Origin: an uncultured virus (IMG/VR IMGVR_UViG_2061766007_000995)
Taxonomy: Duplodnaviria; Heunggongvirae; Uroviricota; Caudoviricetes
Length of the DNA: 20,000 nt
IMG/VR virus record: IMGVR_UViG_2061766007_000995
Direction: 5' to 3' (one strand)
Below are positions 8,943 to 17,129 of the stretch, piece after piece (position 1 is the stretch's first letter; each line of letters starts with the position of its first letter). The notes under the pieces are model-generated. The model worked only from the letters and a program-made list of their open reading frames with translations, ran no database searches and had not been told where the DNA came from. A program made the translations under genes and the position numbers.

Positions 8943-10640
8943 TTCATGCAAGGTTGTAAGAGGAGCAAAGCCTGGCCTGTTTGAAATATGGGTAAATGGA
9001 AAATTGAAGGAGCAAAGTGCCTCCGTCAAAGACTATCAGACCTATCTTTCCAAGCATCTGCTCAAGATGGATGAAAAGACTTTCAGACAGATTGTGGTCA
9101 TTGGCTCCAGTTCCTACGTTCCATTCATGTCTCTTTCTGCTGGAGACAGAAGGACCGTAGTTGAACAGCTGCTTTCGCTGGACATGTTTGAGGCGCTGAA
9201 TGATGTGGCCAAGCAGGAAATGCGAGTTATAGATGACCGAATGTATCGTCTGGAAGCCAAGAAGTCTGAAGTTGAAGTCAAGATTTCAATGCAGAAAAAG
9301 CACAATGAAGACAGCGTTCAGCGAATGCTCCAGCAAGTAAAGGACTACGAACGGAATATTGAGGAACTAAGACAGAAAAGAAGTGGAATAGAGCAGTCGT
9401 TAAAGAAGGCCATGTCCAGTCTCGACAAAAGGAAATATGAGGAAGCAAGAGAGAAGCTGTCAAAATTGGATGAAGCCATCAGAAAAAGTTCTGAATGGAA
9501 GGCCAAAAAGATGGTAAAGGACAACGAACGGAGAAAAATGCTCAAGTTTTTCAACGAAAACTGCACATGTCCTACATGCTTTCAGGAATTAAACAAGTCC
9601 TTTGTTGATGGAAAGATCGCTGAACTGAATGAAGCAAACAGCATTTTTCAAAAAGACATGGAGACTTTTGAGAAGAATCTTGCTGGAATAAAGGAGCAAA
9701 GAGACTCCCTTGCCTCCTGGGTTTCTGACGTGGCTAGAAAATCTTCGGAAATCAACAGACTGGCTTCAGAAAAGGATGCCGTCTCCAGCAATATTTCTTT
9801 TGTTGAGAGGCAGAAATTCAACGTAGAGCAGAGCATTGATGAAGAAAAGAAGCTGGCGGCTGGAGANNNNNNNNNNTTCCTGGGTTTCCGATGTGGCCAA
9901 AAAATCTTCGGAAATCAACAGACTGGCTTCAGAAAAGGATGCCGTCTCCAGCAACATCTCCTTTGTTGAGAGGCAGAAGTTCAACGTAGAGCAGAGCATT
10001 GATGAAGAAAAGAAGCTGGCGGCTGGAGACACGATAGAACTTGAAACGGAAATGGAGGAAGTGCAGAAGGAAATCACGTCTCTCAAGGATGAAATGGAGA
10101 TACTGGAGTTCTTTTTGATGGAGTTCAAGGACACTGGCGTCAAGGCCAGAGTTGTTTCAAGCCATCTTGCATTAATCAATCAGCTTGTTGGCAAGTATCT
10201 CAAGATTGTTGGATTTGAAATAGGCTTTCAGTTTGATGAAATGTTCAATGAATCCATCTCTACTAAGGGAATGGAATCGTTTGAATACTCCAACTATTCC
10301 GAAGGCGAGAAGCTTCGGATCAACTGCGCTATTCTGTTCAGCTTCAGAGAGCTGGCCAAGATACGCTCCTGCGTTTCAACCAACATTCTTGTTCTGGACG
10401 AATTTGATCAGGGAACCTTGGATGAAGATGGCTTTACGTCCGTAGTAAACATATTGAAGTCCTGCGANNNNNNNNNNGCTGGATGAAGATGGCTTTACGT
10501 CCGTAGTAAACATATTGAAGTCCTGCGAAAATCAGAACATCTTCATCATATCCCATTCCACGTCTGAATTTGACCAGATTTCAGACAGAAGTCTTGTGGC
10601 AAGAAAGGTGAATGGGTTCTCGGAAATTTTTGAAAACTAG
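8943..10640 (+). CDS. gp46: T4-like recombination ATPase (Rad50/SbcC-like). N-terminus with Walker A lies in the gap; two allelic duplications inside
   Basis: FRQIVVIGSSSYVPFMSL, coiled coils, CPTC zinc hook, signature YSEGEK, Walker B ILVLDE, H-loop FIISH; stop TAG at 10638-10640. Confidence 0.9.
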
Positions 10641-10648
10641 GAGGAAGC

Positions 10649-11506
10649 ATGGGATTTTTCAGTGAAATTAAGGAGATGGCAAAAGCAGTCAATGAGGCTC
10701 TGCGGCCAAGGACCATCGTTGACCATGTGCATGAACGCATTAAGGCATTGGATGAAGAGATGCAGTCTGGAAGAAGGTTCATTTCCATAAAAAGAATATG
10801 GGACTGGATGAAGGAAAATGAGAGGATGCGTCTCTGCAACTACGACCGTCTCAATGAACGCCTGCAGGAAGAATTGAAGAATATGGACGAGAAAAAGAAA
10901 GATGAGGACAACTATGATGTCCTTGGAAGGAAGTTTCCTTCCAAGGAGATGCTGGAAGAGGCAGACAAGGCTATTGAAGATGCATCAAAGACTATTAAGG
11001 AATGCCATGAATCCATTGCAGATAGACTGGCACTGAATAAGCAGGAAATAAAGAAGGATCAGCACTACTTTGGAGAAGCGTATCTCTTGAAGCACTGGAC
11101 TACAACTCCTCAAGTCAATGACATAGTGGTGGTAAAAAGAAAGGACAATGGTTTATGGATCGCATCTACTGTTCAAGCCGTCGAAGGAAGTGCAGTATGG
11201 TGTGATGAAGACTGGCACGAGGAGCATTTTCCATACCGTTTCAATGAAGAGCTGGTTGGAACCACAAAAACGCCAAAGAATCCAATGACTCTTAGATGGG
11301 GAGACAAGGTATGGGTGGCTGATGATCTGAAGGATGAACCAGAGCTTTCAATCTTCATTGGCTTCAATCCAGATGGAGAAAGTGATTTAAGATGGTTGAC
11401 TCTTTCATCTGCGGAAAACTGTCTGGAATCCTTTTTAAACCAGAAAAAGTGGCCTCCATTTGGACACTGGAAGTACATGTGGATGGCTGAGGACAATACA
11501 GAATGA
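10649..11506 (+). CDS. Hypothetical protein: N-terminal coiled coil plus C-terminal PYxxNEELxGTT...LRWGD module
   Basis: 285-aa ORF with GGAGG RBS; the C-terminal module is paralogous to the gene at 12350. Confidence 0.75.
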   Translation: MGFFSEIKEMAKAVNEALRPRTIVDHVHERIKALDEEMQSGRRFISIKRIWDWMKENERMRLCNYDRLNERLQEELKNMDEKKKDEDNYDVLGRKFPSKEMLEEADKAIEDASKTIKECHESIADRLALNKQEIKKDQHYFGEAYLLKHWTTTPQVNDIVVVKRKDNGLWIASTVQAVEGSAVWCDEDWHEEHFPYRFNEELVGTTKTPKNPMTLRWGDKVWVADDLKDEPELSIFIGFNPDGESDLRWLTLSSAENCLESFLNQKKWPPFGHWKYMWMAEDNTE

Positions 11507-12139
11507 TATGGACGTCCTGCTATGGCCACTGGAGATGGTTTCCTGAAGGATGCATAAGAGCTGCAGTCTCCCTGCAGGTTCCAAAGGAAAGCTCCTTTGA
11601 CATCCATATCAAGCCGTTTGCTCCAACGTGGGAACTTGTTCAGCTTGGCAAGTCAAAAGAAGACAAGATTAGATGGACAAGGGAGTATCTTGCACTGCTT
11701 GATTCTCGGGAATCAGCTTCTATTGCCGCCCAGAAACTGAAGGAAATGTCATTGAAAGGAAAAAAGATTGTGCTTCTATGCTGGGAAGCAGATCATCTTG
11801 ACTGCCACAGACGACTTCTAGCCAAATGGATTGAAGTTGGATGGGGAATGGAGATACCTGAACTTCAAAANNNNNNNNNNCCAGCTTGGCAAGTCAAAGG
11901 AAGACAGACCAAGATGGACAAGAGAATATCTTGCATTGCTTGACTCAAGGGAATCAGCCTTCGCGGCCGCTCAAAAGCTGAAGGAAATGTCACTAAAGGG
12001 AAAGAAGATTGTGTTGCTGTGCTGGGAAGCCGACCATCTTGACTGTCATAGACGACTTCTGGCCAAATGGATTGAAGTTGGATGGGGAATGGAGATACCT
12101 GAACTTCAAAAGAATGAAACCATAATGGAGGAAGAATAG
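11503..12139 (+). CDS. DUF488-family protein (about 131 aa after removing the 241-nt allelic duplication)
   Basis: MIWTSCYG N-terminus, FAPTWEL and LLCWEADHLDCHRRLLAKWI (CxE...CHR signature). Confidence 0.75.
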
Positions 12140-12333
12140 TGTTCAAGCAAAATGATCTGGTTGAGATACGCATGTTCAACGCAGAAGGGTATGAATACTG
12201 GAAACAGGCCAGCTATGAATGCAAGCTGAACATTGATGATGAGCCAGTTCTTCTGCATTCCGTCATTCTTAATGATGATTCTAGAAGACGCATTCTGGTC
12301 TATACAGAAAACATCAGAAAGGTGGCCTGCTAG
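12139..12333 (+). CDS. Small hypothetical protein (64 aa)
   Basis: GTG start overlapping the preceding stop, GGAGG RBS; a second allele at 12927-13056 differs almost only at synonymous sites, which supports coding. Confidence 0.75.
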   Translation: MFKQNDLVEIRMFNAEGYEYWKQASYECKLNIDDEPVLLHSVILNDDSRRRILVYTENIRKVAC

Positions 12334-12349
12334 CAGGGAGAAGATAGAA

Positions 12350-12916
12350 ATGACATTTGAAGAAAATGAACTTGTTCTAGTCCGTCGTCCAGAAACAAAA
12401 ACAACAGACTTGAAATGGAAGGCCGCATCTTTTGAACGCACTTATGAGTCCAATGGAAAGAAGAAGCATCTCTGCACTGGAACCTGGTGGCTTGACTGCA
12501 TTCCATATCATTTGAATGAAGAGCTGCTTGGAACAACAGACGAACCAAAGGACATTGAATCCCTTCGCTGGGGAGACCGCGTTCTAGTCTGGCACTGCAC
12601 TGATGGATGGAAAGAAGGCATATTCAATAGGCTTGATCATGACCTGCTTTATCCATGGAGCGTTATTCTAAGACCAAAGCCTGGATCAGGATCAAGCATA
12701 GAAGTTTATAGTGGNNNNNNNNNNACTGCTCGGAACGACAGACGAACCAAAGGACATTGAATCCCTGCGATGGGGAGATCGCGTTCTAGTCTGGCACTGC
12801 ACTGACGGATGGGTTGATGGAGTATTCAACAGACTTGATCATGATACGATCTATCCATGGAGCGTCATTCTAAGACCAAAGCCTGGATCAGGATCAAGCA
12901 TAGAAGTTTATAGTGG
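12350..12916 (+). CDS. Hypothetical protein with CIPYxxNEELLGTT...LRWGD module; two alleles, 3' end lost in gap
   Basis: ATG 12350 with GGGAG RBS (GGAGGA in the allele starting at 13072); paralogous to the C-terminal half of 10649..11506. Confidence 0.7.
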
Positions 12917-12926
12917 NNNNNNNNNN

Positions 12927-13151
12927 GCAGGCCACCTATGAATGCAGGCTGAACATTGATGATGAGCCAGTTCTTCTGCATTCCGTCATTCTCAATGATG
13001 ATTCCAAGAGACGCATCCTAGTCTATACTGAAAACATTCGTAAGGCAGTCTGCTAGAAGGAGGACATACAGATGACATTTGATGAAAACGAACTTGTTCT
13101 GGTCCGTCGTCCAGAAACAAAAACAACAGACTTGAAATGGAAGGCCGCATC
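12927..13151 (+). other. Allelic duplicate contig of about 12203-12430 (assembly artefact)
   Basis: Near-identical to the end of the 64-aa gene and the start of the next gene; flanked by 10-N gaps. Confidence 0.85.
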
Positions 13152-13232
13152 NNNNNNNNNNAAGAATGCTGAAAATTGTTTCTAAAACATAGTGTCGTAA
13201 AAAATTGAAATATTAATCAAATATTAGTAAAT

Positions 13233-13260
13233 GGGTCATCTGTTATGGATGGCCTTTTTT
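13233..13260 (+). terminator. Possible intrinsic terminator directly before the protease gene
   Basis: GGGTCATC-tgttatg-GATGGCCT followed by a T run (stem uses G-U pairs). Confidence 0.45.
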
Positions 13261-13261
13261 A

Positions 13262-13840
13262 ATGGCCATTATGGATAGAATGTTTGGCACAATTGCAGTC
13301 GGCATTCCTCTTAGCCTCTATCCTCAATGGACAGAGATGCTTGAGAGGCACCGAAAGCACAATCTATTCAAAAAAGATGGCGCCATTGTCGCTCTTGGAG
13401 GCCTGACATGGGAGAAATTCAGGAATGAGACAAAGGACAAGCCATTGATGGAGAAGATTGAAGCAGTCAACAATCTATGGAACAGGAGGCCATGGAAAGA
13501 TGACATGAGAAACTGGGGCATGGAAGACAAATGGGCTACTCCTCTTGAATTCTGCTATAAAAGCGGAGACTGCGAAGACTATGCCATCGCAAAGATGCTG
13601 ACTTTGAAGGAACTCGGAGTTGACTGTCCTATGCGTCTTGTTATCGGAATCAAAGATGGAGTTGGACACGCAATTCTTGCAATTGAAGTTGAGAATATGC
13701 TATATATTCTTGACAATAATTCCAACGTAGTAATTCCATACTACTTCTACAAGAATTTCGAACCACAGGATTCTTTGACCGAAAGCCAGGCCTGGACGCA
13801 TTTAAAGCATCTGTCATCTAAAGATGTAGTGCACAGCTAG
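13262..13840 (+). CDS. Transglutaminase-like cysteine protease (BTLCP/LapG, peptidase C93 family)
   Basis: AVNxxWN, DxxNWGxEDxWATPLEF, GDCEDYAIAK (Cys), GHAIL (His), YILDN (Asp): complete triad and family motifs. Confidence 0.9.
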   Translation: MAIMDRMFGTIAVGIPLSLYPQWTEMLERHRKHNLFKKDGAIVALGGLTWEKFRNETKDKPLMEKIEAVNNLWNRRPWKDDMRNWGMEDKWATPLEFCYKSGDCEDYAIAKMLTLKELGVDCPMRLVIGIKDGVGHAILAIEVENMLYILDNNSNVVIPYYFYKNFEPQDSLTESQAWTHLKHLSSKDVVHS

Positions 13841-13850
13841 CTGTGCAAAA

Positions 13851-13885
13851 ATGAAAATGGGAGCTTTAAAAGCTCCCATTTTCAT
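13851..13885. terminator. Terminator-like hairpin, possibly bidirectional
   Basis: 17-bp perfect inverted repeat ATGAAAATGGGAGCTTT-A-AAAGCTCCCATTTTCAT, 10 nt after the stop. Confidence 0.75.
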
Positions 13886-13924
13886 AAAGACTTTCAAATA
13901 ATAGCATTACCACTTTCAAAAATT

Positions 13925-14619
13925 ATGAAAACATTTTCAAAATATATTCAGAAAAAAATATTAGATGAAGAGAAGCTGGAAGGACTTCATAGTCCAGCAA
14001 TAATGCCACATTCTGGTCCTGCTGGAGGTCTTGGTATAGGATTTGGTCCAGAAATGCCAAGAGCAATGCATGAACCATACTCTTCAACAGATTCCACAGC
14101 TGGTCTGTCGCGTTTAAAGCCGCATGATGCGGAGTTATGGGAAACTCTAGTCTGGTCCACATATGCAGAAAGATGGCCAAACGACCGATATAGAAATCTT
14201 ATTAACAGAAATTTGACATTTGCAGATTTGGCGCTTTCGCTTGACTNNNNNNNNNNGCAGATTCCACAGCTGGTCTGTCGCGTTTAAAACCACATGATGC
14301 GGAGTTATGGGAAACTCTAGTCTGGTCCGCATATGCAGAAAGATGGCCAAAAGACCGATATGGAAGTCTTATTAACAGAAATTTGACATTTGCAGATTTG
14401 GCGCTTTCGCTTGACTTGTTCATTAGTCCATTTGACGTTATTGGAACAGACAATCCAGAAGTGGTGAAGAAAATTCTTCAAATTTTGGCCGAAATTTTAG
14501 GACTATCATATAAAGAAATCAACAGATATAGACCACAGTCCAATCTTTTCTCGGACTATGACAATCAAATTGATGAATTAAGCCAAAGAATCGGAGTTTT
14601 TCTAGCACCTAAGCATTAA
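13925..14619 (+). CDS. Hypothetical protein, candidate capsid-internal protein (about 174 aa after merging alleles)
   Basis: N-terminus MKTFSKYIQKKILDE resembles T4 capsid-targeting leaders (MKTYQEFIAE); ORFs 13925.. and 14383.. overlap at LTFADLALSLD. Confidence 0.6.
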
Positions 14620-14639
14620 AGAGCAATGCTTGCATCAGT

Positions 14640-14647
14640 GTAAATAT
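14640..14647 (+). promoter_or_regulatory. Putative late promoter GTAAATAT
   Basis: 23 nt upstream of the gp13 ATG. Confidence 0.6.
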
Positions 14648-14670
14648 TCAATTGGCTTTGACAGAATAAT

Positions 14671-15625
14671 ATGGCTAGAAAAGCATCAGAAAAAAAGTAC
14701 AAGCACTACAACAGAATAACCTGCTATGAAGACTTCGTAGACTACTGTCTTAGAAGACTTGGTGCTCCTGTAATCAACATTGAAGTTACGCCAGAACAGA
14801 TACAGGACAGAGTTTCTGATGGAATTCAGTACATGCTTGAATACGATCTAGAATCGGTCTGCAATCAGTGGTGGATCCATCAATGCACTAAGGANNNNNN
14901 NNNNTTTCAAGTTTTTAATTCTTACAGAAAATGAACTCTGCAAGAGAGACAAAAAATGATAAGCTATTCCGTTCATTTAAAGCATATGATGAATGCGGCT
15001 TCCCANNNNNNNNNNAGACGTGCAGAATGGCTATCTTACAATTCCGATGGATGTTTTGGACGTGATGGAAGTGCTTGTCAATGGAACTGGTTCCGCTTTT
15101 CAGTCTGACGGCGATGGAAAAGTCTATTCTTCAAGTCTTGTCAACTTTGGCTACATGGACAATCCTCAGTGGCAGTGGTTCAACAACTACTGGTATTACG
15201 GCAACATGTTCTCTGGTGGGCAGACAATGTTCTATTATGAAGTATCCATGCAGTACATCCAGATGCTTCAGACGTTGATGACTGCAAAAGTTGAGTATGC
15301 CTATAGAAGAAGACAGAGAAAGCTATGGTTTTTAAGCCGTCCATATCATGAAGGAGAGTTTGTCGCCCTGTATGGAACAAAAATGCTCGATCCAGAGAAG
15401 GATGACTGCATTTGGGATTCCGACTTTATGAAAAAGTATGTGCCAGTGCTGATTGGAGAGCAGTGGGGACAGAACCTAAGCAAGTTTGGCAATGTGCCCT
15501 CCGCTGGTGGTCTGACCGTCAACGGAGAAGAAATCAGGCAGCGGTATGCCGAGCAGAGGAAGGAGCTGGAGGAAGAGCATGAGCAAAAGTTCAGAGAACC
15601 TCCCCTTCCATTTTTTGCGAACTAA
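14671..15625 (+). CDS. gp13: T4-like neck protein (about 277 aa; interrupted by a misplaced contig)
   Basis: YCLRRLGAPVINIEVTPEQIQD, QWGQNLSKF, GGLTVNG, C-terminal PPLPFF. Joining 14894 to 15016 restores the frame (AAG GA|A GAC). Confidence 0.9.
14905..15005 (+). other. Misplaced allelic copy of the gp4/gp2 junction (about 18403-18503)
   Basis: Near-identical to 18403-18503 with mostly synonymous differences; flanked by two 10-N gaps. Confidence 0.85.
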
Positions 15626-15651
15626 AAAATAATAAAATCAATAACTTAGAT

Positions 15652-15680
15652 AAAGGGCGTACAATTGTACGCCCTTTTAT
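15652..15680 (+). terminator. Terminator after gp13
   Basis: Perfect 26-bp palindrome AAAGGGCGTACAATTGTACGCCCTTT (15652-15677) followed by TAT. Confidence 0.75.
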
Positions 15681-15705
15681 CGCATGTGGAACCCAAGAAA
15701 ACTTC

Positions 15706-15733
15706 TTGACATATTTCGATACAGGTATAAAAT
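15706..15733 (+). promoter_or_regulatory. Sigma70-type promoter for the nuclease-like gene
   Basis: TTGACA (15706-15711), 16-nt spacer, TAAAAT (15728-15733). Confidence 0.65.
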
Positions 15734-15882
15734 CATTTTTATCAAAGACATGAGTGGCGGCGTTATGGGACATATTCTCGCGCTCTGCCACCAAAATGTT
15801 TTTGACTGCAATGAATGTCTTTTATGTTTATCCTTCAACTTGGAAGCTAATGTCTTCTAAAAATTTTAACGAGGTACCGCAT

Positions 15883-17079
15883 ATGGATTTTTATTCTAAA
15901 AGCCTGGTTTCTTTAGACAACACCAATAAATTTTGGGTTCTTGATGGTAAAATGATATGCGAGACGCCAGCAGGCTCTCCTTTAAGTGAAGAGCATCAAG
16001 ATTTCATGATTCGTCTTTATTCTCAGAATAAAGGATTTCGTCTTTTTAGCATAGATTCTCACAAAACTCTTTTGTGTGGAATCAATGCAAACATAAATTC
16101 ATTTGCGGAACGGCAAAGCATGCTTCGAGATATTGCAGACTTTATTCCAGGATGCGTATGGAAAGAAGGAGACTCCACTCTTTTGTATAAAAACCAAAAA
16201 ATTGGATGCAAAAAATTCACAAACGAAAAGGCCGTTGAATTGACAGAAAAACTTAATGGCTATATTGCATTTAATAATCCAAGCATCCTTTCCAAAGGAA
16301 AAGACAATGGTGAAATAAGCGAACATATCTTTGAATCGTTGATAAATGATTGGTTTTTGTGTCATCCTTCAATTGTAAATCATGATGCATCAATTCTCCT
16401 TTTAGATGGTCGAGGAAATGGTCTAAAAACTGAAAATATGAAGAATGCTGAACATATTGGACATCGAAAGGGAATATCAGACGTTATTTTTAGAACAAAT
16501 GGAACAAAGGACGTCTATATTTCACAAAAAAACAGCAATGCTGAAGAATGGACAAGCTCTACGCAAATTTTAAATGGTCCAGAAGTTGAGTTCTTTAAGG
16601 AGGCAGTTTTTAAAACCAATCTTATTAGAGAAACAGGTTTGCATATGTCTAAAGATGGTTCAACAAATCCAAACTGCGTTGATGCTGAAATTGCCGAGGA
16701 CGTATCTGGTTTTACAACCACTATGTCTGAAGAATTAATGAAAAGGGTTATTTTTGGCATTGAAAACAATTTTTGTGACGCTGTAGTTATTCAAACGTTT
16801 ACCAATGGATATCAAAATGAAAAATGCATTATTCAGGAAGTTGAAGATACAAACGAATGTCTTGGTATCTTCGCTGTGACACGACTTATTCTTTCCATTA
16901 AAGATGTAATTAATACAAAATACGAACCAAGACTTCTGATACGTCGGAAATCTAAATCATCCATTCAATTCAATGGAAAAACTTATTACGGAATTGCACT
17001 ATGTGCTGTGTTTGAATCTAGAATTAACAACAATACCAAAAAAATAATAGAATTTGAACCATGGAAGGCTGAAAAGTAG
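15883..17079 (+). CDS. Putative PD-(D/E)XK restriction-endonuclease-fold nuclease (398 aa)
   Basis: ATG 15883 with GAGGT RBS, in frame with ORF 15754..17079. Helix ISEHIFE followed by KGISDVIF...DVYISQK fits the E...D...(S)xK active-site variant. The gene looks AT-richer than its neighbours. Confidence 0.5.
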   Translation: MDFYSKSLVSLDNTNKFWVLDGKMICETPAGSPLSEEHQDFMIRLYSQNKGFRLFSIDSHKTLLCGINANINSFAERQSMLRDIADFIPGCVWKEGDSTLLYKNQKIGCKKFTNEKAVELTEKLNGYIAFNNPSILSKGKDNGEISEHIFESLINDWFLCHPSIVNHDASILLLDGRGNGLKTENMKNAEHIGHRKGISDVIFRTNGTKDVYISQKNSNAEEWTSSTQILNGPEVEFFKEAVFKTNLIRETGLHMSKDGSTNPNCVDAEIAEDVSGFTTTMSEELMKRVIFGIENNFCDAVVIQTFTNGYQNEKCIIQEVEDTNECLGIFAVTRLILSIKDVINTKYEPRLLIRRKSKSSIQFNGKTYYGIALCAVFESRINNNTKKIIEFEPWKAEK

Positions 17080-17129
17080 ACTTCATCAATGACCAAGACA
17101 CCTGAAATAAAAGCATTCAAGAGTTAAAC

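Noticed and set aside
7981..9969. 662-aa ORF suggesting a gp47-gp46 (Mre11-Rad50) fusion
   Set aside because: The frame is continuous only through N runs; the roughly 200-N gap is too short for the missing gp47 C-terminus plus the gp46 Walker A region, so a fusion cannot be inferred.
6349..13151. True tandem duplications or pseudogenised replication genes
   Set aside because: Apparent frameshifts all coincide with 10-N gaps, and the merged alleles I checked give intact in-frame genes.
14087..14416. Diversity-generating retroelement template/variable repeat pair
   Set aside because: Every difference involves an adenine, but in both directions (A in copy 1 at some sites, in copy 2 at others), the copies flank an N gap like the other allelic duplicates, and no reverse transcriptase is present.
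14895..15015. Intron or mobile insertion in gp13
   Set aside because: The insert is an allele of 18403-18503 bounded by N gaps; removing it restores the gp13 frame exactly.
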